Source of the DNA: a virus
IMG/VR virus record: IMGVR_UViG_3300017783_000001
DNA: 64,000 nucleotides
Direction: 5' to 3' (one strand)
In this document: positions 10,393-19,529 of the stretch, piece by piece
Layout of the letters: every line of letters starts with the position of its first letter
Numbering within the stretch: the first letter of the stretch is position 1
Made by a program: the position numbers and the translations under genes
Notes under the pieces: generated by a model
Told to the model about the DNA's origin: nothing
Database searches by the model: none
What the model saw: the letters and a program-made list of their open reading frames with translations, nothing else

Positions 10393-10913
10393 CTATCCCA
10401 ACCTTCTCTCTTCTGTCTTGCAAAGAGTTCAATGTATGGACCGTTTAATAAGTTTTCAATATGTGTATACATTATATCTGGTTTCTTACTATGTCGTTCT
10501 CTTTGTGATACGACTAATTGTGGTACTGATTTAGATTTTCTTTTAGGTTTACCTTTAGTTGCAAGTAAACACATTTCAGGATTACCTCTAGTCCAATATC
10601 CTAAACCTGTAAAGAAACCTAGTTTATTCTTATTTGTTTTTGCCCAAGTAAATCCTACCGTCTTATACTGAAAACCCCAGGCGTCTATTACATCAAATGC
10701 TAAATCTAAACTATGGTCAACAACCCACATCAATAAAGTACAATTGTCATCTGCAATATCTTTTACTGGTAAGTCTGTTATATCTTTAAGTTCTAAAGTC
10801 TGATAGTGTTGACTAGGATTTCTGTCATCACCTTTCGGACTAAACGATTTAAAAGACCACGGTGGGTCTGCATAGATTACACTATACTTTTTTTTCGGTA
10901 AGTTTATACTCAA
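10374..10913 (-). CDS. MT-A70 family adenine methyltransferase
   Basis: IYADPPW, HSKKPD, IELFAR, GWDSWGNE. Confidence 0.9.
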   Translation of the reverse strand: MSINLPKKKYSVIYADPPWSFKSFSPKGDDRNPSQHYQTLELKDITDLPVKDIADDNCTLLMWVVDHSLDLAFDVIDAWGFQYKTVGFTWAKTNKNKLGFFTGLGYWTRGNPEMCLLATKGKPKRKSKSVPQLVVSQRERHSKKPDIMYTHIENLLNGPYIELFARQKREGWDSWGNEV

Positions 10914-11379
10914 AATTTTGCGTCTCTTTGTTAATTAATATTTGTTTTGCACCATTACGAATATGAAAGTGTGTTGCCATAGGTGTAAGAGGTGATAATG
11001 TTACCACTCTTTCAATGTGATTTGCTTTTGCATATTCTAATACCTTATTAATAATCTCTTTACCTGCACCTCGTTTACGAGACCATACCGTGTATGCAAT
11101 AGCATTTCGTTTCTCGTTCTTTAGGTCTGCAAGTTCAGACATCATATCTAATTCTTTTACACTTGTAGGAATATCATTTGTAAACGCAATACAAATAATG
11201 CCTTCAATCTCTTCATTATATTTTAAACCAAATATCTTTCTACCTTTAGTAATACGCCAACCTAATGTTAGTTCAGGTCTTACTGGATCCTCTGATACAT
11301 CAATGTCATCTAACTCTACTAGTTCAGTTCCATTAACCCATCTAAAAAAATCATCTGTCTTATCTTTAAAAAATTTCAT
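10882..11379 (-). CDS. Conserved phage protein, GNAT-like fold
   Basis: YTVWSRKRGAG (acetyl-CoA loop-like), TLSP...MATHFHIRNGA. Confidence 0.55.
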   Translation of the reverse strand: MKFFKDKTDDFFRWVNGTELVELDDIDVSEDPVRPELTLGWRITKGRKIFGLKYNEEIEGIICIAFTNDIPTSVKELDMMSELADLKNEKRNAIAYTVWSRKRGAGKEIINKVLEYAKANHIERVVTLSPLTPMATHFHIRNGAKQILINKETQNFEYKLTEKKV

Positions 11380-11381
11380 CT

Positions 11382-11519
11382 TTAACTCATAGTTGCTATT
11401 TTAATTAATATACAAGATAACAAAAACGCTGGTGTTGTAATTCTTGTATATGCTATTGTTCTTCCAAGATTGTAACCAATCAATAAACATAACCATATCG
11501 TAAATAAATCGTATGGCAT
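11382..11519 (-). CDS. Small membrane protein (45 aa), not in ORF track
   Basis: MPYDLFTIWLCLLIGYNLGRTIAYTRITTPAFLLSCILIKIATMS*; start overlaps the gp43 stop (TAATG). Confidence 0.55.
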   Translation of the reverse strand: MPYDLFTIWLCLLIGYNLGRTIAYTRITTPAFLLSCILIKIATMS

Positions 11520-14011
11520 TATCCGAAAAATTGTTCCAAACTTGCTTGTGGTTCAGCGTGCCAACCTATCGCACCAAGAATAAATCTCATTGGGTCTAGG
11601 AATGTTTTTTCAAACTGCACCTCGTAATCTATATAGTCTTGCAACTTAAACTCTCTAGGTAATGTGGACAAATAAGCACACACATTAAACTTGAAAGGAT
11701 TAGGTTCTTTCAACAATATAAATTTGATTTTATCACCTTCTTGTATCAACGGATACCTTTGGTCTAAATTCTGATTTTTCAAATGCCAATTATAAATCAA
11801 ACTACCTTTGATATGAATAGGTGTACCTTTGATGAATATATCACTTGAAGATGAGTACTTTCTCAAATTATTACAACTTCTAGGAAATGCAATTTGTTCA
11901 GGTTCGTACTTCTTATAAATTTCTTTGAAATCTGAAATGTAATTATGTAATGCGTCTTCATCTTTATTCATAATCAATCTGATTGCTTCTTTAATTGCAA
12001 CACGACAAACTTCTGGTGTTGAAGATTTTACTGCTTCAATACCCATAATCTTTAGTTTAGGTTCTTCAAAACGGAAACCTTCTTCATCTAGCACATTCAA
12101 CATATATCTTTTCTTGGCAGTCCAGATACCTTTGTCTGCGATAACTTCTCGTTTCATAACCATCTTCTGTTGAAACGCATTTGTATAACCTGCGACTTCT
12201 TCAAAACACTTTTCAATAAATGGTTCAATCTTACCTTTTGCAACCTTATCAACAAAGTTTAGTTTCTGTTCTTTAGTTTTATCTTTACAAAACTTATCTA
12301 CTAATTTGTCTAGGCACAAATAGATACTATCAGTATCAGAAGCAACAATATAATCAATCTTATCTTTTGTTTGTAATATATCATTTACATATTTGTTGAC
12401 TTGTTGTTCAACATACTGAATAATAAACTGACCAGCAGTTGTAATTGCTGACGCTTGATTGACATTGTAAAATCTAAAATACTGATTACCGATTGCACCA
12501 TAAGCACTATTCAATGAAATCTTTTTTGCCCATTGAATATTATGACAACGAGATATTTCTTTCTCATAGATTGGGTCTTTTGTTTTTTGAAATTCTTTCT
12601 TTGCCTGAAATTCTAATTGTTTGTAATGTACTCTATCATTATACATACCTTCCATAATCTTCGGTAAGAAACCTTGACTATCTGTTTTAAACATTGCACC
12701 GTTAGGTGTAATAGTTGCACCTTGTGTTTGTAAATGTGTAAGAGGTGTAGCGTGTTTTAATAACTTGTCTACAGATATACCATTAGGTTTAACACCAATC
12801 ATCTTTTCAGGACTAATATTATATTGCATAATCAAATGAGGATATAGTGAGTTAATATCAAACGATACAATCCATTTGTGTTGACCAACTTGTGGTGTCT
12901 TAACATATGCACCGACATATTTCTCTTCTTTAATATTATCAGTACGAGGAGGAATATGTACATTGTCTTTTAATAGATGATTGTAAATTAATGTATCCCA
13001 AAGTCTAACTTCTGAAAACACATCTGTATAATTGACTTTTGCCTCATAGGCCATAGTCATAATCAATTCAATCAATCTTAACTTATCTTCTAGTTTATCA
13101 ACGAGTTCAACATCTTTAATATTGTACTCAACGAAAGATTGAAAATCATTCTTATACCACTCTCTAAAAGTTTCATATGGATTATTATCTTTACCATCAC
13201 CACCTAATTCTACCTTTGCGATATAATCAAGTTTATAACTTTCTTGTCTAGTCGGAATAAATTTTATGTACAAGTCTAGGTAATCTAAATTAGATATACC
13301 TGTAATCTTAAATATTGTTTGTTGTCTACCTCTAACGGTTAGTTTCTCTTCTTCAATCAAACCCCAAGGCGATAGTTTATTAATAACTTTATCACCTACA
13401 AGTCTTTTAGTTCTATTACATAGATATGGTATATCAAAAAATTTAGTATTCCAACCTGTAATAACATCAGGATAATTCTTCATCCAGAATTTGAAAAACT
13501 CCATTAACAATTGTTTTTCATTAGCACATTCTACATAGGTAACATTATCTTGTTTGACAAGAAATGGTTTAGTACCCCAAGTAATAATTTGTTTGTTAGA
13601 TTGATTTTTAATTGTAAGACAAATAATTTCTTCTGTCGGATTTTCTACATCAGGAAAACCACCTTCAGCAGTTGTTTCAATATCAATTGTAAAGATTTTA
13701 ATTAAACTTTTATCAAACTCAATTTGTTTTGGATATTCTTTACTGATATATTGAAAGTGCCATCTATCATTACCATATAGTGGACTATTAGAAGTTGCAT
13801 AACTTCTTTTAAATTCTCTTGCTTTTGAAATACTTTCAAAGGTAATAGGTTTTAGATTGTTGCCTTGTAAAGTTTTATGATTAGTTTCTTCTTGTGTTTG
13901 TGCATACATTGTAGGTCTAAAAGAAACCTTTTCTTTAAACTCTTGTCCGTCGTATATACCACGAACCAACAATTTACCTCTATGTTCAACTACATCTTTA
14001 TAAAAATTCAC
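11519..14011 (-). CDS. gp43: Family B DNA polymerase
   Basis: DIET exonuclease motif, SFDINSLYP, KISLNSAYG, SDTDS. Confidence 0.97.
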   Translation of the reverse strand: MNFYKDVVEHRGKLLVRGIYDGQEFKEKVSFRPTMYAQTQEETNHKTLQGNNLKPITFESISKAREFKRSYATSNSPLYGNDRWHFQYISKEYPKQIEFDKSLIKIFTIDIETTAEGGFPDVENPTEEIICLTIKNQSNKQIITWGTKPFLVKQDNVTYVECANEKQLLMEFFKFWMKNYPDVITGWNTKFFDIPYLCNRTKRLVGDKVINKLSPWGLIEEEKLTVRGRQQTIFKITGISNLDYLDLYIKFIPTRQESYKLDYIAKVELGGDGKDNNPYETFREWYKNDFQSFVEYNIKDVELVDKLEDKLRLIELIMTMAYEAKVNYTDVFSEVRLWDTLIYNHLLKDNVHIPPRTDNIKEEKYVGAYVKTPQVGQHKWIVSFDINSLYPHLIMQYNISPEKMIGVKPNGISVDKLLKHATPLTHLQTQGATITPNGAMFKTDSQGFLPKIMEGMYNDRVHYKQLEFQAKKEFQKTKDPIYEKEISRCHNIQWAKKISLNSAYGAIGNQYFRFYNVNQASAITTAGQFIIQYVEQQVNKYVNDILQTKDKIDYIVASDTDSIYLCLDKLVDKFCKDKTKEQKLNFVDKVAKGKIEPFIEKCFEEVAGYTNAFQQKMVMKREVIADKGIWTAKKRYMLNVLDEEGFRFEEPKLKIMGIEAVKSSTPEVCRVAIKEAIRLIMNKDEDALHNYISDFKEIYKKYEPEQIAFPRSCNNLRKYSSSSDIFIKGTPIHIKGSLIYNWHLKNQNLDQRYPLIQEGDKIKFILLKEPNPFKFNVCAYLSTLPREFKLQDYIDYEVQFEKTFLDPMRFILGAIGWHAEPQASLEQFFG

Positions 14012-14376
14012 TACACACTCTCCATACTTCTCAAATATATTTTCAAATTGTTATGTTTCTTTTCTAACATAACATTACAACCTAGTCTGGAATACATTCT
14101 ATCATATTCCATATTCATTTCTAATATCTCATTTTCTAAACTATTATACTCTACTCTTCCTACTTTGTCAATATCCTCTCGTATATTAATATGACAAGTA
14201 CCACAAGCAGTACACCCACCACAATCGCCTGGTACTTCATCAATCGTAGGTTCGGCAAATGTTCTTGCCGCCTCCATAATTGTATAACCTGTAGGTACTA
14301 TAACTTGTTGTGTCTTGCCGTTCTTACTTATGAAGTTAATAGTTATAGTATCCTTTGTTTGGATACTATCACTCAT
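14011..14376 (-). CDS. fdx: 2Fe-2S ferredoxin (adrenodoxin/ISC type)
   Basis: C-x5-C-x2-C (CGGCTACGTCH) and SRLGC. Confidence 0.85.
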   Translation of the reverse strand: MSDSIQTKDTITINFISKNGKTQQVIVPTGYTIMEAARTFAEPTIDEVPGDCGGCTACGTCHINIREDIDKVGRVEYNSLENEILEMNMEYDRMYSRLGCNVMLEKKHNNLKIYLRSMESV

Positions 14377-14675
14377 TAAGTTATTAAACCTGGTCCAGTT
14401 AAAATTTTAGAAACTGATTGTTCATATGACGCAAGTAAATCCTGTTTAGGTTCTACTACCGTTATAATCTTATCATCTTTAAATTTTATTTCTTCTGTTT
14501 CTGCATACGGAATGTATGTGAACATACCAAATTTAATTGCTTCGCCTGGTTTAGGCGCTGATGTTGGATAAATGATGTAAGGTTTTTTAACAACTACTTC
14601 ACCATTGCCTTGACTGAAATCGCCAATTATATCTTCACCTGTAATTATTCGTACTATCTTTATATTTTTTTGCAT
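14376..14675 (-). CDS. Conserved small T4-like protein (possible Sm-like fold)
   Basis: IKIVRIITGEDIIG...PY...; similar pattern to 34183-34641. Confidence 0.55.
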   Translation of the reverse strand: MQKNIKIVRIITGEDIIGDFSQGNGEVVVKKPYIIYPTSAPKPGEAIKFGMFTYIPYAETEEIKFKDDKIITVVEPKQDLLASYEQSVSKILTGPGLIT

Positions 14676-14699
14676 AATATCTCCATTATATATTAGTTG

Positions 14700-16193
14700 T
14701 TAGTCTTTGTCAATAGGTGGTAATCGTTTTGATAAAACAAATGTTCTATTAGGATTAACAGACGCATTGAATAATCTGATTACTTCTCTATTTAGTAATA
14801 CATCTGAACCAGACCTTGGTCGTTGGTCAAGTCCAAATTCTATATCAGGATATGTGAAACCGTTAAAGGTAAGTGGTAATTGAATTGTTGTTCTAGTTTC
14901 TGATGGTTCTTCACCTTCTGCATTAGCACGAAAGACTTTACTCTCCCCGTACTTCGGTGCTGAATATGTCTTACCATTATACTTCCAGGTTACCTTTTTA
15001 CCTTCTACTTTAATATTTTCAGCGTGCATTGAACAAGCGTGAGCACCGTTACCAGTATCCATTTTTGCTCTCATCTTACCGATGTCGCCTACTTCTATTG
15101 TTTCTAACCAACCTACTTCTGAAATAGATTGTCTGTCCCAATTCTTTCTTTCTGATAACCATTTAATTAAGTTAGTTACCAGTTTATCTCCTTTGATTGC
15201 ACCACTATTTTCTGGATCCGAATAGAAGTCTTTATAAACATATCCTTCGTATTCTGCACCAGTACCAGGTGAACCATTGACTTCTAATACATAAGGTTTT
15301 CCTTTGTGTATAATGTGGTCAACTCCACATAGATACGCCTTGGACGCCCTGCTGGCTCGTAGTATGATGTCTATTTCCTCGTCTTTCAACTTATAAGGAA
15401 CAGCGTCAGCACCTCTATGTGTATTAGTTCTAAAATCGTCTGAGCCTTGAATTCTTTTTGTACTTGCAAAGATTTTATTATCTACTACAAATGTTCTAAT
15501 GTCAAAATCACTTGGCATAAATTCTTGTATTAACAATTCTGCACCGTGTTTCCATAGTGCCTGAATAGTTGATACTAGTCCGTCATAACTATCTACCTTT
15601 ACAACACCGATACCTTGTGTACCAGTTAATGACTTTAAGATTACAGGAAACTTATCTACACCACCAATTAATTCTAATGCGTCATCTATATTTTTTTCGT
15701 TAGATATAAATGCTGTTTTAGGTGTTGGTATACCAAACTTCTCAAATAGTAAAGCAGAAGTAAGTTTGTTATTACAAGTTAACATTGCGTTTCTTGTATT
15801 ACACATAAATGAACCAGAGTTTTGAAAAGCAGAAACGATTGATAAACCACTTTCATCTTCTACAGAACCTGCTCTAGTAATACAAACGGTATCTTTACCT
15901 ATAAATGTATATTCAGTATCTTTACCATCAAAATTATAAACGGTTAAAGTATTTTTTTCTTCGTCTTTACCTGTGATAATAGCGTGTCTAGTTTCAATAA
16001 CTATACACTTAATCTTTAATTTTTCGCAAGCGTCATTGATTAACTTAACCGTCAGTTCTTTACTTTCCTTACCACCAACTTTTCTCTTCTTCAAGTCAGG
16101 ATTAGTTTTAGTAATTACTGCAATTGTGATTGGTTTGTTTTCTCTATCTAAAGTTTGTTCAGATAAGAAATCGGTAAAGTTTTGTACTTGCAT
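14700..16193 (-). CDS. RimK-like ATP-grasp ligase fused to a RimB/retropepsin-like protease
   Basis: PVILKSLTGTQGIGV, LLIQEF, DFRTNTHRG, LEVNGSPG (ATP-grasp); C-terminal VGWLE...AKMDTGN...SMHA...VLLNR (aspartic protease). Confidence 0.85.
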   Translation of the reverse strand: MQVQNFTDFLSEQTLDRENKPITIAVITKTNPDLKKRKVGGKESKELTVKLINDACEKLKIKCIVIETRHAIITGKDEEKNTLTVYNFDGKDTEYTFIGKDTVCITRAGSVEDESGLSIVSAFQNSGSFMCNTRNAMLTCNNKLTSALLFEKFGIPTPKTAFISNEKNIDDALELIGGVDKFPVILKSLTGTQGIGVVKVDSYDGLVSTIQALWKHGAELLIQEFMPSDFDIRTFVVDNKIFASTKRIQGSDDFRTNTHRGADAVPYKLKDEEIDIILRASRASKAYLCGVDHIIHKGKPYVLEVNGSPGTGAEYEGYVYKDFYSDPENSGAIKGDKLVTNLIKWLSERKNWDRQSISEVGWLETIEVGDIGKMRAKMDTGNGAHACSMHAENIKVEGKKVTWKYNGKTYSAPKYGESKVFRANAEGEEPSETRTTIQLPLTFNGFTYPDIEFGLDQRPRSGSDVLLNREVIRLFNASVNPNRTFVLSKRLPPIDKD

Positions 16194-16642
16194 TATTGAC
16201 CTTCATTTGAAACTGCTTTATCTTCTGTTTTTTCATCTAACTTTTTACCAATATTATATTTGGCAGATAGATTCCACTCTTTCTTTTCTTTGAAAGGTAG
16301 TACTTTGATTTGTGATAAAGGTGCTTTGGTTGTAGCGTCCTCTGGTTTCACTATAGTTATTAAGTTCCAGTCAGTAAGTAATACTGCAATAGTATTTCTT
16401 CTCTGGATATCATTGTCGGTCAAGGTTGCTTTCTTACCATCAAGGGCAAATAATTCTTTGAAGTGTACAATATAGTACTTACCTTGTTTGTGTAATATGT
16501 GGCAACTTTGAAATAGTGTTTTGTCTTTACGACTAGCAACACCAATTCTTGTTAGTGTTTCTCTTACTTTTAGGAAATCGTCAGGCTGCTTGATTGTAAC
16601 CTCTAGCATATCTTCCGGTGACCATTTTACATTGTCTGTCAT
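16193..16642 (-). CDS. regA: Translational repressor RegA
   Basis: DDFLKVRETLTRIGVASRK, QSCHILHKQGKYYIVHFKELF. Confidence 0.97.
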   Translation of the reverse strand: MTDNVKWSPEDMLEVTIKQPDDFLKVRETLTRIGVASRKDKTLFQSCHILHKQGKYYIVHFKELFALDGKKATLTDNDIQRRNTIAVLLTDWNLITIVKPEDATTKAPLSQIKVLPFKEKKEWNLSAKYNIGKKLDEKTEDKAVSNEGQ

Positions 16643-17034
16643 TTTCTTTTTCTCCCACCCTTATTTAAGGATTTTTTTATATGTTCAATATCGTTTTTAG
16701 TCAATATGCTTAGAGCGGTTTTAGCTTTCTCATTACTATAGCCATAATACTCTTTTACATAGTCTAAATCTTTAAGCTTTTCTGCTTTCATCCATTTCGC
16801 AAAACGCTTTTTCTTTCTTACTATATTTAGTAAAAAATGATATTGCATATTATTGGGAAGAAAATGATACCCATTCATTTCGTTGGCAGCGATTAAGGTA
16901 TCATAATGATAAGATAAACACTTGTTTACTATAAACGCAGGATACTTCTTTTCCCAAGTCAAGTCTTCGGTGTTCATCACATCCTGTTTAGTAAAGTTAA
17001 TACTATTCAGGTATTCTTTGAGTTCGTAAGCCAT
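16639..17034 (-). CDS. gp62: Clamp loader small subunit
   Basis: YPAFIVNKCLS, VKEYYGYSNEKA; synteny. Confidence 0.92.
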   Translation of the reverse strand: MAYELKEYLNSINFTKQDVMNTEDLTWEKKYPAFIVNKCLSYHYDTLIAANEMNGYHFLPNNMQYHFLLNIVRKKKRFAKWMKAEKLKDLDYVKEYYGYSNEKAKTALSILTKNDIEHIKKSLNKGGRKRK

Positions 17035-17978
17035 TATTTAAACTTACAATTTGCCATTATCTCGGTAAGACAAGCGACCATATTGATTTCTTGGTCTGCG
17101 ACAAAAGCCGCCTTGTACTGATAACCAGCGATAACTAAAACTGCCTGTGGTATAGATTTAGGATCAAGTGCTTTCTGCAATACTTCGTATATATTACGGA
17201 ACATACTTGTAGGTTCTTTATCTATGTTTTGAATAACCCACTTTCGCATATCATTAAATCTTTTTTCTTTTAATGTAGCGACTAGTTCTTTGTTATTTGC
17301 TTCAGATAATGTAAATAAAATACCACTATCAATCTTACCTCTTACAGAATATCTTTGAAGTTCATTGATAGTCCGTCTGAAATCAGGAAAGTATTTAATA
17401 ATAAGTTCTGCCAAAACTTTCTTATCAAAAGGAATAGATTGTTCATCTAATACTTTACCTAATCTAATCATCATAGCGTCAGCACACTTCTTCTTTTGTC
17501 CGTTGACAATTTTAAAGTCTACTACCGTACAACGACTATGTAATGGTGGTATGATTTTGTTTTTGAAATTACAAGTTAGAATAAATCTACAATTGTTATG
17601 GAATTCTTCCATAAATGCTCTCATTGCAGGTTGTACAGAATCAGCATTTGTATAATCTGCTTCATCTATAATAACTACTTTATGATTAGCGTCTTCTGTT
17701 AAAGACACCGTACTTGCAAAGTTCTTAATTTTAGTTCTTAATGTATCAATTTGTCTACCTTCATCTGAACCATTGATGATAAGATAATCACATTTTAACT
17801 CTTCACATAAGGCACGAGCAACCGTTGTCTTACCTGTACCTGCTGTACCTGATAAGAGTAGATTTGGTATCTCGCCTTGTTTTAAAAAGTTTTGAAAAGT
17901 TGATTTTATATCTTCTGGTAAGATACACTCTTCAATTTTCTTCGGTCGGTATTTCTCAACCCACAAAAAGTCTGCCAT
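17034..17978 (-). CDS. gp44: Clamp loader large subunit
   Basis: LWVEKYRP, GTAGTGKTT, IIDEAD, SRC. Confidence 0.97.
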   Translation of the reverse strand: MADFLWVEKYRPKKIEECILPEDIKSTFQNFLKQGEIPNLLLSGTAGTGKTTVARALCEELKCDYLIINGSDEGRQIDTLRTKIKNFASTVSLTEDANHKVVIIDEADYTNADSVQPAMRAFMEEFHNNCRFILTCNFKNKIIPPLHSRCTVVDFKIVNGQKKKCADAMMIRLGKVLDEQSIPFDKKVLAELIIKYFPDFRRTINELQRYSVRGKIDSGILFTLSEANNKELVATLKEKRFNDMRKWVIQNIDKEPTSMFRNIYEVLQKALDPKSIPQAVLVIAGYQYKAAFVADQEINMVACLTEIMANCKFK

Positions 17979-17995
17979 AATATATTCTCCATAAT

Positions 17996-18112
17996 TTAAA
18001 TTGTACCTTGTAATAGATTAAGTACAAGTGATAACGCTATCAAAAAGCAAGCGATACCACTTACACCAATTACATACTTGATTGCGATTTTAACTTTACT
18101 ATTAAAATTCAC
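17996..18112 (-). CDS. Small single-TM protein (38 aa), not in ORF track
   Basis: GTG start overlapping the end of gp45: MNFNSKVKIAIKYVIGVSGIACFLIALSLVLNLLQGTI*. Confidence 0.45.
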   Translation of the reverse strand: MNFNSKVKIAIKYVIGVSGIACFLIALSLVLNLLQGTI

Positions 18113-18770
18113 TTTCAGGCTCTAATGCAATCCAGTATTGTACTGGTCTTGTTCTATTAACAAAATGTGAAATCTTTTGTTTTGAGATTGCCACATCATA
18201 GTCATCTGATAACATTTTAAAGTTTTCTGCTTTGAAGAACGCTTTAAATGTTTTGTCAGTAGTGCCTACTTGGATATCAAACTTGTTAGAAGCTTTATTC
18301 TTTCTGTCTTCTGCAACAAGTGTCATATTTTTACCATCACCAACAACTGAAATGTCAGGTAAGTTAAGAGTAACCACACCTTTCATTAATCTCTCCATAT
18401 CTGCTTTCTTAAATAAGAAAGATACTTCTGTATCTGGCATAGAGATTGTTTTGGTAGGTGCAACGATAACAGATTCATCAGCAAAAGTATATTTACTTTG
18501 TGACCTTCCGTCTTTACCAGAAATACCTACACTAGAACCACCATTGAATTTTAAGTTAGGTGTCTCAAATAAGTCAACCGTTCTTAAAAACTCTGGTAAG
18601 TCATAGATTGCAAACTGCTGGTCAAAGTCTTCTTTAATATCTGCTGTTGCTAGAATATTTTTCATAGTAGAAATTGTATTTAATTTCTTACCAGGTTTAA
18701 TCAAAATATTCTGATTTATATTTGCAAAGTTTTTAAGCAATGCAAGCGTGTCGTTAGATAAGTTCATCAT
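18102..18770 (-). CDS. gp45: Sliding clamp
   Basis: LKNFANINQNI, FAIYDLPEFL, YWIALEPES. Confidence 0.95.
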   Translation of the reverse strand: MMNLSNDTLALLKNFANINQNILIKPGKKLNTISTMKNILATADIKEDFDQQFAIYDLPEFLRTVDLFETPNLKFNGGSSVGISGKDGRSQSKYTFADESVIVAPTKTISMPDTEVSFLFKKADMERLMKGVVTLNLPDISVVGDGKNMTLVAEDRKNKASNKFDIQVGTTDKTFKAFFKAENFKMLSDDYDVAISKQKISHFVNRTRPVQYWIALEPESEF

Positions 18771-18796
18771 ATATTCTCCTTTGTCATTATTAGAAC

Positions 18797-18825
18797 ATTA
18801 TATATCATAGTATCGTCTTTGTCAA
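18797..18825 (-). promoter_or_regulatory. Perfect sigma70 promoter TTGACA-17-TATAAT for gp45
   Basis: Exact consensus. Confidence 0.85.
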
Positions 18826-18829
18826 TAGC

Positions 18830-19375
18830 CTATTCACTTTGTCGTAAATAGTCTAACATCTTCTCTGGAGTTGTTTCTTCATAAGGGTCGTCATCTTTTC
18901 CTTCATTGTTGATACCTGCTTCTTGGAACCATTTCTCAACAACGCCGTTATTAATAACTGCCATATATCTCCAACTTCTATTACCGAAACCTAAATGGTT
19001 CTTACCAATTAGCATTCCCATAAATCTTGTAAAGTTTCCAGAACCATCTGGAATGAATTTTACTTTTTCAATGCCCATATGGTCTGCCCAGGCATTCATT
19101 ACAAAACTATCATTTACTGAAATACAATAAACTTCATCTATTGTAAACTTTGTGATAGTATCATATAGTTCTTCAAACCCTGGCAACTGCTGACTTGAAC
19201 AAGTCGGAGTAAATGCACCAGGTAGACTGAATAATACAACTCTTTTATTTTTGAAATAATCGTTTGTTGTCTTATTCAACCATTGACCACCGATAGCACA
19301 ACCGCCATCAGTTTCTACTTCGTCACCTTCTCTTACTCTAAAAGTGACCTTTGGTATCTTCATTTCATTTTTCAT
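18830..19375 (-). CDS. Peroxiredoxin (Prx5-type)
   Basis: LPGAFTPTCS, SVNDSFVMNAW, RSWRY. Confidence 0.92.
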   Translation of the reverse strand: MKNEMKIPKVTFRVREGDEVETDGGCAIGGQWLNKTTNDYFKNKRVVLFSLPGAFTPTCSSQQLPGFEELYDTITKFTIDEVYCISVNDSFVMNAWADHMGIEKVKFIPDGSGNFTRFMGMLIGKNHLGFGNRSWRYMAVINNGVVEKWFQEAGINNEGKDDDPYEETTPEKMLDYLRQSE

Positions 19376-19399
19376 ATTATTCCTTTTGTAATTCTCTAT

Positions 19400-19428
19400 A
19401 ATATAACATAACTAAACAATTAAGTCAA
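19400..19428 (-). promoter_or_regulatory. Sigma70-type promoter TTGACT-17-TATATT
   Basis: Near-consensus boxes upstream of the peroxiredoxin gene. Confidence 0.65.
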
Positions 19429-19529
19429 TAGGCGATGGTTGAATTCTATCTGGCGCACTTCCCATCGCCTATGTAAACCGTTCTCCTTTGTGTATGTTAT
19501 TAAGTAATATCCGAATCTAATTCTGCGAC

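Noticed and set aside
11519-14011. Introns or inteins in gp43, gp41, gp17 or uvsW
   Set aside because: All have ordinary lengths and continuous motifs, with no intein splice signatures.
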